The notes beneath the pieces are model-generated. The model did no database searches. It was not told where the DNA came from and saw only the letters and a list, made by a program, of their open reading frames with translations. Shown here piece by piece: positions 26,212 to 35,780 of a stretch of DNA of 64,000 nucleotides. Source of the DNA: an uncultured Desulfobacteraceae bacterium (lineage in GTDB: Bacteria > Desulfobacterota > DSM-4660 > Desulfatiglandales > Desulfatiglandaceae); assembly GCA_964573885.1 (NCBI GenBank), contig CAZNLL010000001.1:18779-82778 (forward strand). Reading direction: 5' to 3'. The position numbers and the translations under genes were made by a program. How positions within the stretch are numbered: position 1 is the first letter of the stretch; each line of letters starts with the position of its first letter.

Positions 26212-26919
26212 TCACGAGGGGGTGGATGGCTTGGGGGCAAAGGGGTTGGGGCGAATATCCGGGGGCCTGAGGTAAATGGGGTCAAGGGTGTGGGGGTCGT
26301 CGAAATCCCGGGTCAGGAAACGCCTGAGGCCCAGGGCGCCCACAGCGGAGGCCCTGAGATTCCAGAGGTAGGAGGGGGCCAGCAGGGCCCTGGGCCCGAG
26401 AATTTCCCTGAGTTGTGAGGCCTGAGTTTCAAAGTTGTTTCCTATGAACAGGGTGGGCTCCACAAAATAGCTGGGAAAATCAATGAGTTTTATAGACTTA
26501 TCCTCCGTGATCCTGATCATCTCCTGTCTCTCGGTCCAGGTAAAGGTGGCGGTAAAGAGCTCTCCCCTTCTGGAATCAAGAACCGGCGCCACAGGGAGAT
26601 CCTGATAAGGCCACTGGCTGGCCAGTGCCTCCAGACTGGCGATGCCGATCATGGGGATCCTGAGACAATGGCCCAGGCCCTTGGCGGCGGCAAGACCCAC
26701 CCTCAACCCGGTAAAGCTGCCCGGGCCTCGGGCCACCACCAGGGCGGTTAGGTCACGGATTTCTGTACTGGAGGTCTCCAGCAGGAAGTCAAGGGCCGGC
26801 ATAAGTGATCCAAAATGGCCTCTCCCTTCGGACATGAAATATTCGGCCAGGACTGAGCCCTCCTCCTTGAGGAGGGCCAAGGAAAACTGCACGGTGGAGG
26901 TGTTAATGGCCAGAAGCAC
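26212..26919 (-). CDS. tsaB: tRNA N6-threonylcarbamoyladenosine biosynthesis protein TsaB (YeaZ)
   Basis: 235 aa with LAINTS....SLAL and GPGSFTGLRVGLAAAKGL. Confidence 0.88.
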   Translation of the reverse strand: MLLAINTSTVQFSLALLKEEGSVLAEYFMSEGRGHFGSLMPALDFLLETSSTEIRDLTALVVARGPGSFTGLRVGLAAAKGLGHCLRIPMIGIASLEALASQWPYQDLPVAPVLDSRRGELFTATFTWTERQEMIRITEDKSIKLIDFPSYFVEPTLFIGNNFETQASQLREILGPRALLAPSYLWNLRASAVGALGLRRFLTRDFDDPHTLDPIYLRPPDIRPNPFAPKPSTPS

Positions 26920-26937
26920 GAACGCCGGTACCCTATA

Positions 26938-28017
26938 TCATTCCAATAGCCTGGTCACGTCATTGTAAATGACGACGGCCATAAGCATGATAAGAAGAAA
27001 GAGGCCGACCTTTTGGGCCAGATCCCGTTTTTTGATGCTCAAGGGTTTTCCGATGACGAGTTCAATAAAGAGGAAAATAAGAAAACCCCCATCCAGGACC
27101 GGGACGGGAAGGAGGTTGAGGATGCCCAGATTGATGCTGATGACGGCCATAAAAGGAAAAAGGTAGGTCAGGTTCTCCTTGGCCAACTGGCCGGTCATCT
27201 GGCCGATCATGATGGGGCCCCCAAGGGTCTTCATGGGAACCACTCTCTGGATTAATTTGACAATGGTCACACACGTCAGTTCAATGATCTCCCAGGTTCT
27301 TCTAAAACCTTCTTTGACGGCTTGGAGGGGTCCCAGTGAGATCTTTTCGAATGTTCCCGCCGCCACGATACCCATGAGGGCCGTCTTGACTTCTTCTCCA
27401 AAGATGTTTTTTACCACGGACATTTCAGGGACCACGGTAAGGGTTTTGAATTGGTCTCCTCTCTTCACCGTGATCTGAAGGGGCTTGCCCGCGCTGCCCT
27501 TCACAATCTCTTTGATTTGAGACCATTTTCCTGTCTCTTCTCCACCTGCAGCAACAATCAGGTCTCCCTTTAACAGGCCGGCCTTTTCCGCAGGGGACCC
27601 CTCTCTGACCTGTCCCACTTCGGGTATCATCACCTGAATGCCCACGGCCATGTAAAAGAAGCAGAAGATAAGCAACGCCAGGAAAAGATTGAAGCAGGGA
27701 CCCGCCGCCACGATGGCCATCCGCTTGAGCACGTGCTGATTGCTGAAAGACCTCTCCTCTTTTTCCGGGGGAATGGGCTCTTCATCATCGTGACTCTCTC
27801 CCAGCATCTTCACGTATCCCCCCAGGGGGACGAGGGACACAAGGTATTCGGTCTCTCCCCATTTTTTGCCCACCAATTTCGGGCCGAATCCCAGGGAAAA
27901 CTTAAGGACCTCCACCCCAAAGTACTTGGCAACGAGAAAATGGCCCAACTCATGGAAGAAGATGAGAATGCCCAGAACAAAAATGAAGGGCAATATGTAA
28001 TAAAGAAAGATACTCAT
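26938..28017 (-). CDS. rseP: RIP zinc metalloprotease RseP (site-2 protease) with a PDZ domain
   Basis: 359 aa with HELGHFLVAK (HExxH), a PDZ-like segment (SPAEKAGLLKGDLIVA) and NLLPVPVLDGG. Confidence 0.92.
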   Translation of the reverse strand: MSIFLYYILPFIFVLGILIFFHELGHFLVAKYFGVEVLKFSLGFGPKLVGKKWGETEYLVSLVPLGGYVKMLGESHDDEEPIPPEKEERSFSNQHVLKRMAIVAAGPCFNLFLALLIFCFFYMAVGIQVMIPEVGQVREGSPAEKAGLLKGDLIVAAGGEETGKWSQIKEIVKGSAGKPLQITVKRGDQFKTLTVVPEMSVVKNIFGEEVKTALMGIVAAGTFEKISLGPLQAVKEGFRRTWEIIELTCVTIVKLIQRVVPMKTLGGPIMIGQMTGQLAKENLTYLFPFMAVISINLGILNLLPVPVLDGGFLIFLFIELVIGKPLSIKKRDLAQKVGLFLLIMLMAVVIYNDVTRLLE

Positions 28018-28049
28018 TTCTTAAACTATAAACGCTTTGCCCGGTAAGG

Positions 28050-29207
28050 TCAAACCCTTGTAAGGGCCCTAAAGACTCTGTCCCGAGCCCACCTGTCGGC
28101 GTCCATAATGGTTTCAACGCTGTCTATGGGTTGGGGTTCGTGCCCTTGAAGGGCCTCTTCTATGAGAGCGGGAATTTGCAAAAACCCGATGCGACCGGCC
28201 AGAAAGCTCTCTACGGCCACCTCGTTTGCCCCGTTTAATACCACAGGCATGGTGCCTCCTGCGTTTGCTGCATCAAGGGCCAGGCGAAGACAGGGGAATT
28301 TCTTAAGGTCCGGCTTCTGAAAGGTCAGGGCCTTGATTTTCTCCAACTCGAGGGGGGGAAGGTCGTTCTTCTCATGGGAGGGGAAGGAAAGGGCATAGGC
28401 TATGGGTATAAGCATGTCAGGGACGCCCATCTGGGCGATGATGGATCCGTCCCTATAGACAACCATGGAGTGAACAATGCTCTCCGGGTGTATGAGGATA
28501 CCGATTTGATCCCATTCCAGGTCAAAGAACCATTTCGCCTCGATCGTCTCGAGGCCTTTGTTCATTAAGGTGGCGGAATCCACGCTGATTTTTTGACCCA
28601 TGCTCCAATTGGGGTGTTTCAAGGCCTGGGCCGGGGTGACCTCACGCATCTGGTCGAGGGAGAGGCCCCTGAAGGGGCCGCCCGATGCGGTGAGCATGAC
28701 CCGGCTGAGGTCCTCTCTCCGGTGACCCTGAAGGCACTGGAGGATGGCACTGTGTTCGCTGTCCACAGGGAGAACGGACACGCCCTGCTTCTCCGCCTCC
28801 GTTTTGATCAGGGGACCGGCCAGGACCATGGTCTCCTTATTGGCCAGGGCCACATGTTTCCCGGCCTTAATGGCCTCATAGGTGGGAATAAGCCCTGCGG
28901 CCCCTGTGACCGCTGAAATCACGGTATCCACTTCGGGCATCCTGACCAGATCAACAAGACCTCGGGGTCCCTTGAAGACCTTCGTCACGCCCTGATCAGC
29001 AAAGGCCGTGCCCAGCCCAGAGACATCCTCCTCTTGCAGGAAGCCCACGGCAAGGGGGCGAAATTCCTTAACCTGCTCCAGCAGGAGGTCAACATTCCTC
29101 CCGGCACTCAGGGCGATGACCCGGTATTTTTCAGGATTGGTACGGATGACCTTGAGGGCCGTTAATCCGATGGAACCGGTGGCCCCCAGTATGGCAATTT
29201 CTTTCAT
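28050..29207 (-). CDS. dxr: 1-deoxy-D-xylulose 5-phosphate reductoisomerase
   Basis: MKEIAILGATGSIG, LANKE, SEHSAI and HPNWSMG. I prefer the ATG at 29207 (RBS GGAGATGGTGAGG) over the ORF-track start at 29261, which would overlap cdsA. Confidence 0.92.
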   Translation of the reverse strand: MKEIAILGATGSIGLTALKVIRTNPEKYRVIALSAGRNVDLLLEQVKEFRPLAVGFLQEEDVSGLGTAFADQGVTKVFKGPRGLVDLVRMPEVDTVISAVTGAAGLIPTYEAIKAGKHVALANKETMVLAGPLIKTEAEKQGVSVLPVDSEHSAILQCLQGHRREDLSRVMLTASGGPFRGLSLDQMREVTPAQALKHPNWSMGQKISVDSATLMNKGLETIEAKWFFDLEWDQIGILIHPESIVHSMVVYRDGSIIAQMGVPDMLIPIAYALSFPSHEKNDLPPLELEKIKALTFQKPDLKKFPCLRLALDAANAGGTMPVVLNGANEVAVESFLAGRIGFLQIPALIEEALQGHEPQPIDSVETIMDADRWARDRVFRALTRV

Positions 29208-29248
29208 TACCTCACCATCTCCTGCCGGCGAGAAATCTTGCCTCAAGA

Positions 29249-30073
29249 TCATCTGGCCCACAGGGAGAGATAAACATAAAGGACCGGTATGGCAAAGAGA
29301 AGGCCGTCGATTCTATCCAGGACCCCTCCGTGTCCGGGAAGGGCACGGCCCGAGTCCTTGACTTGGTGACTCCTTTTTATCATGGATTCGACCAGGTCGC
29401 CTATCTGCCCCGCTACGGAGAGAATCAGTGCCAGGAGCAAGATGCCAGGCTCAACCCGGCGGAGGCCCAGAAGGTGCAGAAACCAGGCGGCTGCAAAAAC
29501 ACTGGTTGCAGCCCCCCCGACGGCCCCTTCCCATGTCTTGCCCGGGCTTACGGCTTCGTAGAGTTTGTGCTTGCCAAAGAGTCTCCCCAGGTAAAAGGCC
29601 CCCGTATCACTGGCGACGATAACCGTGAGAAGGAAGAAAATCCAAAGCCGGCCCTCGGGGTAGCGATCCACCATCACGAGCATTGCAAGAGGGAGAGTGA
29701 CATAAACGGGACCCAGTATTCCCCTGCCAAGATCCCCTGTAGATGCCTCATCGGCGGAGGGGTGGGCCAGCATGAAAACAGTCATGGGGATAAAGGCCCA
29801 AAGGATGATGATGGGAAGAAGCAGGTAGATTTCCCCCATGTACACGGCAAAGAACAGGACCAAGGCGATAAGGTGGTTCAGGACCTTGCAAGACCCGGGC
29901 AGGTCGGAAGCGCTCACTCTGTAAAACTCCCTCAAACCCACCATGGAGACCCCATAGAGAAAGGCATAGAACAGCCATCTCGGGGCGAGGCCGATGAGGT
30001 AAATCCAAATGGGAACGGCGATGACGGCTGTAAGCCACCTCTTTGCGTGCATTTTGTGCTCAGGGTTCCCCAA
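29249..30073 (-). CDS. cdsA: Phosphatidate cytidylyltransferase
   Basis: 274 aa and polytopic, with SDTGAFYLGRLFGKHKL..VSPGKTWEG and GHGGVLDRIDG. Confidence 0.9.
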   Translation of the reverse strand: MGNPEHKMHAKRWLTAVIAVPIWIYLIGLAPRWLFYAFLYGVSMVGLREFYRVSASDLPGSCKVLNHLIALVLFFAVYMGEIYLLLPIIILWAFIPMTVFMLAHPSADEASTGDLGRGILGPVYVTLPLAMLVMVDRYPEGRLWIFFLLTVIVASDTGAFYLGRLFGKHKLYEAVSPGKTWEGAVGGAATSVFAAAWFLHLLGLRRVEPGILLLALILSVAGQIGDLVESMIKRSHQVKDSGRALPGHGGVLDRIDGLLFAIPVLYVYLSLWAR

Positions 30074-30134
30074 CAGTCCTCCCCTTTGGATTTACCTCAT
30101 CTTGGTTGCGGTCAGATCAGGGGAGCCCGCTCCC

Positions 30135-30863
30135 TTAATCTCGGGCACCCCCAAACCTTCGTTCCCTCCGCTGGAAATCTTTGAGGGCCTCCATATACTC
30201 CGATCTCCCAAAATCAGGCCAGAGAGTGGGGGTCACATAGATCTCCGTGTAAGCAATCTGCCAGAGCAGGAAATTGCTTATCCGGTATTCCCCGCTGGTC
30301 CGAATAAGCAGGTCAGGGTCGGGCATCCCGGCCGTATAAAGGGCTTCTGAAATATCCTGATCTGAGATGTCGTCCCCCCTCATTTCACCTTGCTCCACCT
30401 TTTTAGCGAGCCTTTTGAAGGCATCCAAGATCTCCTGCCTGCCCCCATAACTCAAGGCCAAGATCAGGACCATATCTTTGTTTGAGGCGGTCTCTTCAAT
30501 GGTTTTTTCCAGGATTTTCCGGGTGTCTGCAGGCAGTTTCCGGATACTGCCAATGGCTTGAAGCCTGATGCCGTTTTCCTGCATCTCTTTCAACTCGCCC
30601 TTGAGAAAGCGGGTGAGGAGTTTCATAAGGGCCTGGATTTCAATTTGTGACCGCTTCCAGTTTTCTTCGGAAAAGGCATAAAGGGTCAGCCAGCCGATAC
30701 CGATTTCACGGCTGGTGCGTACCACCTGTCTCACGGCTTCCGCCCCTTTCTCATGACCCTGAATGCGGTTCATGGCCCTCTTTTTGGCCCATCTACCGTT
30801 GCCATCCATAATGACGGCCACATGTTGGGGCAGTTTGTTGGGATCAAGAGATGTCATGCTCAT
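30135..30863 (-). CDS. uppS: Isoprenyl transferase (undecaprenyl diphosphate synthase)
   Basis: 242 aa with HVAVIMDGNGRWA, FSEENWKR and IRTSGE.R.SNFLLWQ.AY.E. Confidence 0.92.
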   Translation of the reverse strand: MSMTSLDPNKLPQHVAVIMDGNGRWAKKRAMNRIQGHEKGAEAVRQVVRTSREIGIGWLTLYAFSEENWKRSQIEIQALMKLLTRFLKGELKEMQENGIRLQAIGSIRKLPADTRKILEKTIEETASNKDMVLILALSYGGRQEILDAFKRLAKKVEQGEMRGDDISDQDISEALYTAGMPDPDLLIRTSGEYRISNFLLWQIAYTEIYVTPTLWPDFGRSEYMEALKDFQRRERRFGGARD

Positions 30864-30947
30864 CTGCTTATGGCTTTGGAAAGTTAAAAGAATTGAACCA
30901 GGGCTTGGGGAATTGGAATCAAAAGAAAGAGGCGCATTAAGAATCGT

Positions 30948-31505
30948 CTAAAATTCCATGATCTCCTGTTGCTTTTGGGCGGTGATCTCCTCAATCTTCT
31001 CTATGAACTCGTCTGTGATCTTTTGAACCTCTTCTTGGGCCTTATGAAATTCATCTTCCGAGATCTCTTTTTCCTTTTTCAGGTCCTTAAACATCTCGTT
31101 AGTCTCGCGCCTGTGGTTGCGCACCGAGATCTTACCTTCCTCGCCCATCTTTTTGGCCAGTTTGGCCAGTTCCTTGCGTCGTTCTTCGGTGAGGGGAGGG
31201 ATGGGGATTCTGATGATCTTCCCGTCATTCATAGGGGTCAGCCCCAGTTCAGAGCGCAAAATGCTCTTTTCTATATCCCCGATGATGGACTGGTCCCAGG
31301 GTTGTATGGTAATAAGGCGACTATCAGGAACGGAAATGGATGCGGTCTGCTCAAGGGGCATCTGTGTATCATAACAGTCCACCTTGATCCCGTCCAGCAA
31401 GGCTGTGGAGGCCCGCCCTGTTCTGATCCTCTTAAATTCCCGTTTAAGGGCTTCCACAGTCTTTGTCATTTGTTCCCGCAATTCGGAAAGTATTTCATCC
31501 TTCAT
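30948..31505 (-). CDS. frr: Ribosome recycling factor
   Basis: 185 aa with RTGRASTALLD.I.V..YD...PL.Q.ASISVP and P.LTEERRKEL.K. Confidence 0.92.
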   Translation of the reverse strand: MKDEILSELREQMTKTVEALKREFKRIRTGRASTALLDGIKVDCYDTQMPLEQTASISVPDSRLITIQPWDQSIIGDIEKSILRSELGLTPMNDGKIIRIPIPPLTEERRKELAKLAKKMGEEGKISVRNHRRETNEMFKDLKKEKEISEDEFHKAQEEVQKITDEFIEKIEEITAQKQQEIMEF

Positions 31506-32233
31506 GACGCCTCTCCAGCGATAAGGGTTCCCACCCGCTCCTTTGAAATGATCTTCAGCAAATTCCCCTTCTTCCTGAGGTTGAATACAATGATGGGCAA
31601 TTCATGACCCATAGCCAGGGAAACTGCGGTGAGGTCCATGACTTTGAGATTCCTTTTGAGGACTTCCTGGTAGGTCAATTGCCCGTAAGGTTGTACCGAC
31701 GGGTCCGTCTTGGGATCCACCCGGTAAACCCCGTCCACTTTGGTGGCCTTCAAGAGGACCTCCGCATCAATTTCCATGGCCCTCAGAGCCGCCGCCGTAT
31801 CCGTGGTAAAGTATGGGTTGCCGGTTCCCGCCCCAAAAATGACGATATGGTTTTTTGAGAGGTGGGAGATGGCACGTTCCCTTACATAGGGCTCTGCAAT
31901 CTTGATCATGTCCACGGCGGTCATGATTCGTGTTTTCAGCCCCATACGTTGCAGGGCCTCACCCAGGGCCAGGGAATTGATAATGGTGGCCAGCATTCCC
32001 ATATGGTCGGCCGCAACCCGACTGACCCCATAAGCCTCGGCCTGGAGGCCCCTGAATATATTTCCGCCCCCCACCACGATGGCCACCTCCACACCCAGTT
32101 CGTGGACGGTGGAGATTTCGGATGCCACCGTTTGAAGGACGGAGGGATCAATCCCGAAAGACCGCTCCCCCATGAGGGCCTCCCCGCTCAATTTAAGGAG
32201 GACCCGCTTGAAATAGCTGTGCGCCTCAGGCAT
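31502..32233 (-). CDS. pyrH: UMP kinase
   Basis: 243 aa with KRVLLKLSGEAL, VVGGGNIFRG and FGAGTGNPYFTTDTAAALRA. Confidence 0.92.
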   Translation of the reverse strand: MPEAHSYFKRVLLKLSGEALMGERSFGIDPSVLQTVASEISTVHELGVEVAIVVGGGNIFRGLQAEAYGVSRVAADHMGMLATIINSLALGEALQRMGLKTRIMTAVDMIKIAEPYVRERAISHLSKNHIVIFGAGTGNPYFTTDTAAALRAMEIDAEVLLKATKVDGVYRVDPKTDPSVQPYGQLTYQEVLKRNLKVMDLTAVSLAMGHELPIIVFNLRKKGNLLKIISKERVGTLIAGEAS

Positions 32234-32828
32234 CAGTGTCTCCCAGTTGGAATCGGGCGAAGCGCCGGACGAGGATCTTCTCCCCGGTCTTGGCCATCAT
32301 TTCGTTGATCAGATCTTGTACACTGATGTCAGGGTTCTTGACAAAGGGCTGTTCCATGAGACACATCTCCTTGAAATACTTATTCATTTTTCCTTCTACA
32401 ATTTTTTCTATCACTTTTTCAGGCTTTCCGGATTCCTTTGCCTGGGTGGCATAGATCTCCCGTTCTTTTTCCAACGTCTCTTCGGGCACCCCTTCCCGGT
32501 CAAGGGCAATGGGATTGGAAGCCGCAATCTGCATGGCCAGATCTCTTGCAAAGGCAGTAAAATCATCCGTCTTGGCGGTGAAGTCGGTTTCACAATTGAC
32601 CTCCACCAGGACGCCCAGCTTTCCTCCGGCATGGATGTAAGCCTGGACCTGTCCCTGAGAGGCGGCCCTTCCTTGCCTTTTTTGGGCAGTGGCAATTCCC
32701 TTCTTCCTCAAATACTCGACCGCCTTGTCAATATCTTCATTGCATTCTTGAAGCGCTTTTTTGCAATCCATGACGCCGACGCCGGTCTTCTCCCTCAACG
32801 CCTTGATCAATTCCATTGTAATAGCCAA
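32226..32828 (-). CDS. tsf: Translation elongation factor Ts (short form)
   Basis: AITMELIKALREKTG.GVMDCKKAL and IHAGGK.GVLVEVNCETDF. I prefer the TTG at 32828, which lies 10 nt after GGGAGGA. The ATG at 32816 is an alternative, and the ORF-track start is 32882. Confidence 0.88.
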   Translation of the reverse strand: MAITMELIKALREKTGVGVMDCKKALQECNEDIDKAVEYLRKKGIATAQKRQGRAASQGQVQAYIHAGGKLGVLVEVNCETDFTAKTDDFTAFARDLAMQIAASNPIALDREGVPEETLEKEREIYATQAKESGKPEKVIEKIVEGKMNKYFKEMCLMEQPFVKNPDISVQDLINEMMAKTGEKILVRRFARFQLGDTDA

Positions 32829-32912
32829 TTTAAATTTTCCTCCCTCACTGGTTCGAAAAAGATTGTTGTTCCCTGGGACCAATCCCGTTGCCTGCCTCCG
32901 GCTCCTTCGGCC

Positions 32913-33770
32913 TTATTCCGGGGTGGGTTCTTCGTGAGCGGTGGTGTCCACTGATTCCGGTTCCTCCTTTTTGGGGAGGACAATCACCTCGGGGCCTTCC
33001 TTTTCTTCCTCCTCGGGAGCCGGCGCCTCGGCCTCCTGTGCTTCCTGTTCCTTGCGCAGTTCCGCCTCGGCCTTCAATCGTTCTTCGGCCAGGTTGTGGC
33101 CCTCGATACAGGCATCGGCAATCCTGGAAGTGATGAGCCGGATGGCCCTTATGGCGTCGTCGTTGCCTGGAATAATGAAGTCTATCTCGTCGGGATCACA
33201 ATTTGAATCCGCAATGGCGATCACGGGGATTCCCAGCCTCCTGGCCTCCCTCACTGCGATCTTTTCCCTCTTGGGATCCACCACGAAAACGGCTCCGGGC
33301 AACTCATCCATGTCTTTGATCCCACCCAGGTTCTTTTCAAGTTTAAAGAGTTCCTTTTCCATCTTCAGGGCTTCTTTCTTGGTATACCTGGTAATGGTGC
33401 CGTCCTGTTTCATGGCGTCTATCTCTTTGAGCCGCGCGATGCTCTTCTTAATAGTCTGAAAATTGGTCAAGGTGCCCCCCAGCCACCGATTGACCACATA
33501 AAACATGCCGCATCTTTCGCTTTCTTCAATAATCGAATCATGGGCCTGCTTTTTTGTACCCACAAAGAGAACGGAATAGCCATTGGCCACCGTATTCACG
33601 ATGAATTCATAGGTGGTCTTAAAGAGCCTGACCGTTTTTTGAAGGTCGATAATGTGGATCCCATTGCGGGCCCCGAAGATATAGGGCTTCATTTTGGGAT
33701 TCCAGCGTCTTGTCTGGTGGCCGAAATGGACCCCGGCCTCCAAGAGTTCTTTCATGGTAATGATTGCCAT
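32913..33770 (-). CDS. rpsB: 30S ribosomal protein S2 with an acidic Glu/Ala/Pro-rich C-terminal tail
   Basis: [27 protein letters not shown] and the typical S2 core. The ATG at 33770 is preceded by AAGGAGGATGAG. A tail of about 55 aa (EEEEKEGPE...HEEPTPE) follows the core. Confidence 0.92.
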   Translation of the reverse strand: MAIITMKELLEAGVHFGHQTRRWNPKMKPYIFGARNGIHIIDLQKTVRLFKTTYEFIVNTVANGYSVLFVGTKKQAHDSIIEESERCGMFYVVNRWLGGTLTNFQTIKKSIARLKEIDAMKQDGTITRYTKKEALKMEKELFKLEKNLGGIKDMDELPGAVFVVDPKREKIAVREARRLGIPVIAIADSNCDPDEIDFIIPGNDDAIRAIRLITSRIADACIEGHNLAEERLKAEAELRKEQEAQEAEAPAPEEEEKEGPEVIVLPKKEEPESVDTTAHEEPTPE

Positions 33771-34186
33771 CTCATCCTCCTTTTCCAGAGACCCCGGTAA
33801 GGATCTCCGTGCCACGGTTTTATCCTCCGCCCAGGACGGGTCACACCCCTGAGGTCACCGGGCAATCCTGGACGTGCGTGTTGACTCCGGCTAAGGGCTA
33901 ACATATGGGCTTGAGCTCCGCGGGCCACCCTGCTATATTTGCAATGTGTCGGGAACAGGAGCCTATGTGGGGGGTAAAGGTCGTCCGTCAGTCGGCCCTT
34001 TGCCTGAGAAGCCACAAAAATTGCAAGCGAAAATCTTTAACATCAATGGCCTTTTATTGCAAGGAAAAAATCCGGGTCCGCGGCATACCCCTCTCCCCGT
34101 TAGGCCATGGACAGGGGGGCACAGCGTAAGTGGGCCGGACCCGGGCTCAAGGCCCCGGCTCCCAGGCGCCGGTCGGAGAGGGCATC

Positions 34187-34423
34187 ATGGGCGATGAGAT
34201 CAAGGAAAATCTGAAGCGGGCCGTCCAGCAGGCCGAGGTTAGTGTGACCAAGTCCATCCTCCGTTGGAAATACAAAAAGGAGGGGAGGACCCCGCCCCGT
34301 GAAGAGCGACTTGAAGAGGATTCCCGCAGGGCCGCTGATCGAGCCCACGAGGTGGTTGCCAGAAGGGGCAAAACCGTGTGGGAGGAGCTGAAAAAGTCGT
34401 ATTTTAAGGGGCGGGATGAGTAG
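34187..34423 (+). CDS. Small hypothetical charged helical protein (78 aa), translationally coupled to the HD-domain gene
   Basis: GGAG lies 8 nt upstream of the ATG at 34187. The stop overlaps the downstream ATG (ATGAGTAG). I recognise no motif. Confidence 0.4.
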   Translation: MGDEIKENLKRAVQQAEVSVTKSILRWKYKKEGRTPPREERLEEDSRRAADRAHEVVARRGKTVWEELKKSYFKGRDE

Positions 34424-35606
34424 GGGGTCGGGCTGTTTGAAAGATGAAGAGGTGCTCTTGAGGTTAAGGCAGGGCCTTGACGAGGCGGAGCAAGACAGGC
34501 TCTCCCCCTGGGCATGCCGCAGCCGGCAGGCTGTCAGGAGGAAGCAGGAAGACGCCATCAACCGGGGGCACCGGCAGGAATTTTCCGTGGATACAGACCG
34601 AATCCTCCATTCTTTGGCCTACTCCCGCTACATCGACAAGACCCAGGTCTTTTATCTCATTAAAAACGATCATATCACCCACCGGGTCCTCCACGTCCAG
34701 CTTGTATCCAAAATTGCCAGGACCATCGGGCGTCTCCTCAGTCTCAACGAGGACCTTATCGAGGCCATATCCCTCGGCCATGACATCGGGCATACCCCCT
34801 TTGGACATGATGGGGAAAAGTTCTTGTCCGCCCTTTGTGAAGCCCACCATATAGGCCGATGCCTTCATAATATCCAGGGCGTGCGATTTCTGCAGGACAT
34901 TGAGAGAAAGGGGAGGGGATGGAACCTTACCCTGCAGGTCCTGGACGGCATCTTTTGCCATAATGGGGAACTGCATTCCCAGGCCCTGGAGCCGGAAACG
35001 GACAAGACCTTCGAGACCCTGGATGAGGAAATTAAGATGAAGGGAGAAGACCCGTCTCTGGATATGTGGCCCATGACCTTGGAAGGATGCGTGGTTCGCA
35101 TGGCCGACACCATCAGCTATATCGGGCGGGATATTGAGGACGCCATTCGGCTGGGCCTGATAGAGCGCAAAGAGATCCCCTGTGAATGCAAGCGGGTCCT
35201 GGGCGAGACCAACGGAACCATCGTGTACACCCTGGTGGAGGACCTCGTTTCCAATAGTCTGGACCAGCCTTATGTGAGGTTCAGCAGGGAGGTGGGCGAG
35301 GCGCTCAAGCGCCTGAAGCGGTTTAACCACGAGCGGATATACATGAGCCGTACGGTCAAGGAGCAGACCAACAAGGTCAAACTCATGTTCGAGCTTCTCT
35401 TCGACAAATACCTGCAGGATCTTGAGACCGAAAACGAGGATTCAGATATTTACAGGGGGTTTTTGGACGGCATGTCATCCCTATACAAGGAAAAGACACC
35501 CCCAGCGGGGATTGTCCGTGATTTCATCGCCGGAATGACGGATGAATTTTTTTTGAATCAGTGCCGGAAAAACTTCGTCCCTGCCATAAGATCAGGGCTT
35601 TTTTAG
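34416..35606 (+). CDS. dGTPase-like (Dgt family) HD-domain deoxynucleoside triphosphate triphosphohydrolase-like protein
   Basis: 396 aa with F.VDTDRILHSLAYSRYIDKTQVF, H.R.LHVQLVS.IAR and LGHDIGHTPFGHDGE. Confidence 0.8.
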   Translation: MSRGSGCLKDEEVLLRLRQGLDEAEQDRLSPWACRSRQAVRRKQEDAINRGHRQEFSVDTDRILHSLAYSRYIDKTQVFYLIKNDHITHRVLHVQLVSKIARTIGRLLSLNEDLIEAISLGHDIGHTPFGHDGEKFLSALCEAHHIGRCLHNIQGVRFLQDIERKGRGWNLTLQVLDGIFCHNGELHSQALEPETDKTFETLDEEIKMKGEDPSLDMWPMTLEGCVVRMADTISYIGRDIEDAIRLGLIERKEIPCECKRVLGETNGTIVYTLVEDLVSNSLDQPYVRFSREVGEALKRLKRFNHERIYMSRTVKEQTNKVKLMFELLFDKYLQDLETENEDSDIYRGFLDGMSSLYKEKTPPAGIVRDFIAGMTDEFFLNQCRKNFVPAIRSGLF

Positions 35607-35780
35607 GGGCCATTTATGCTTTTCCCTTGATATTTCTTGGTAAAACAGGTTGACAAAAGCGAAACGAGCGAGTAAGGGTATAATCGCGTTTGGGTCATAT
35701 GGGTTTCCACTTATTCAGCCAGCCACATGTTCTTCTCGTCTGTAAAAACATAAAGTAAGATATTTCTATCACATCACAAG

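Noticed and set aside
35650-35684. Perfect TTGACA and TATAAT hexamers upstream of the second ABC operon
   Set aside because: The two hexamers are separated by 23 nt, well outside the 16-18-nt window of a functional sigma70 promoter. The TATAAT box alone may still serve as a -10 element, but I cannot support a promoter call.
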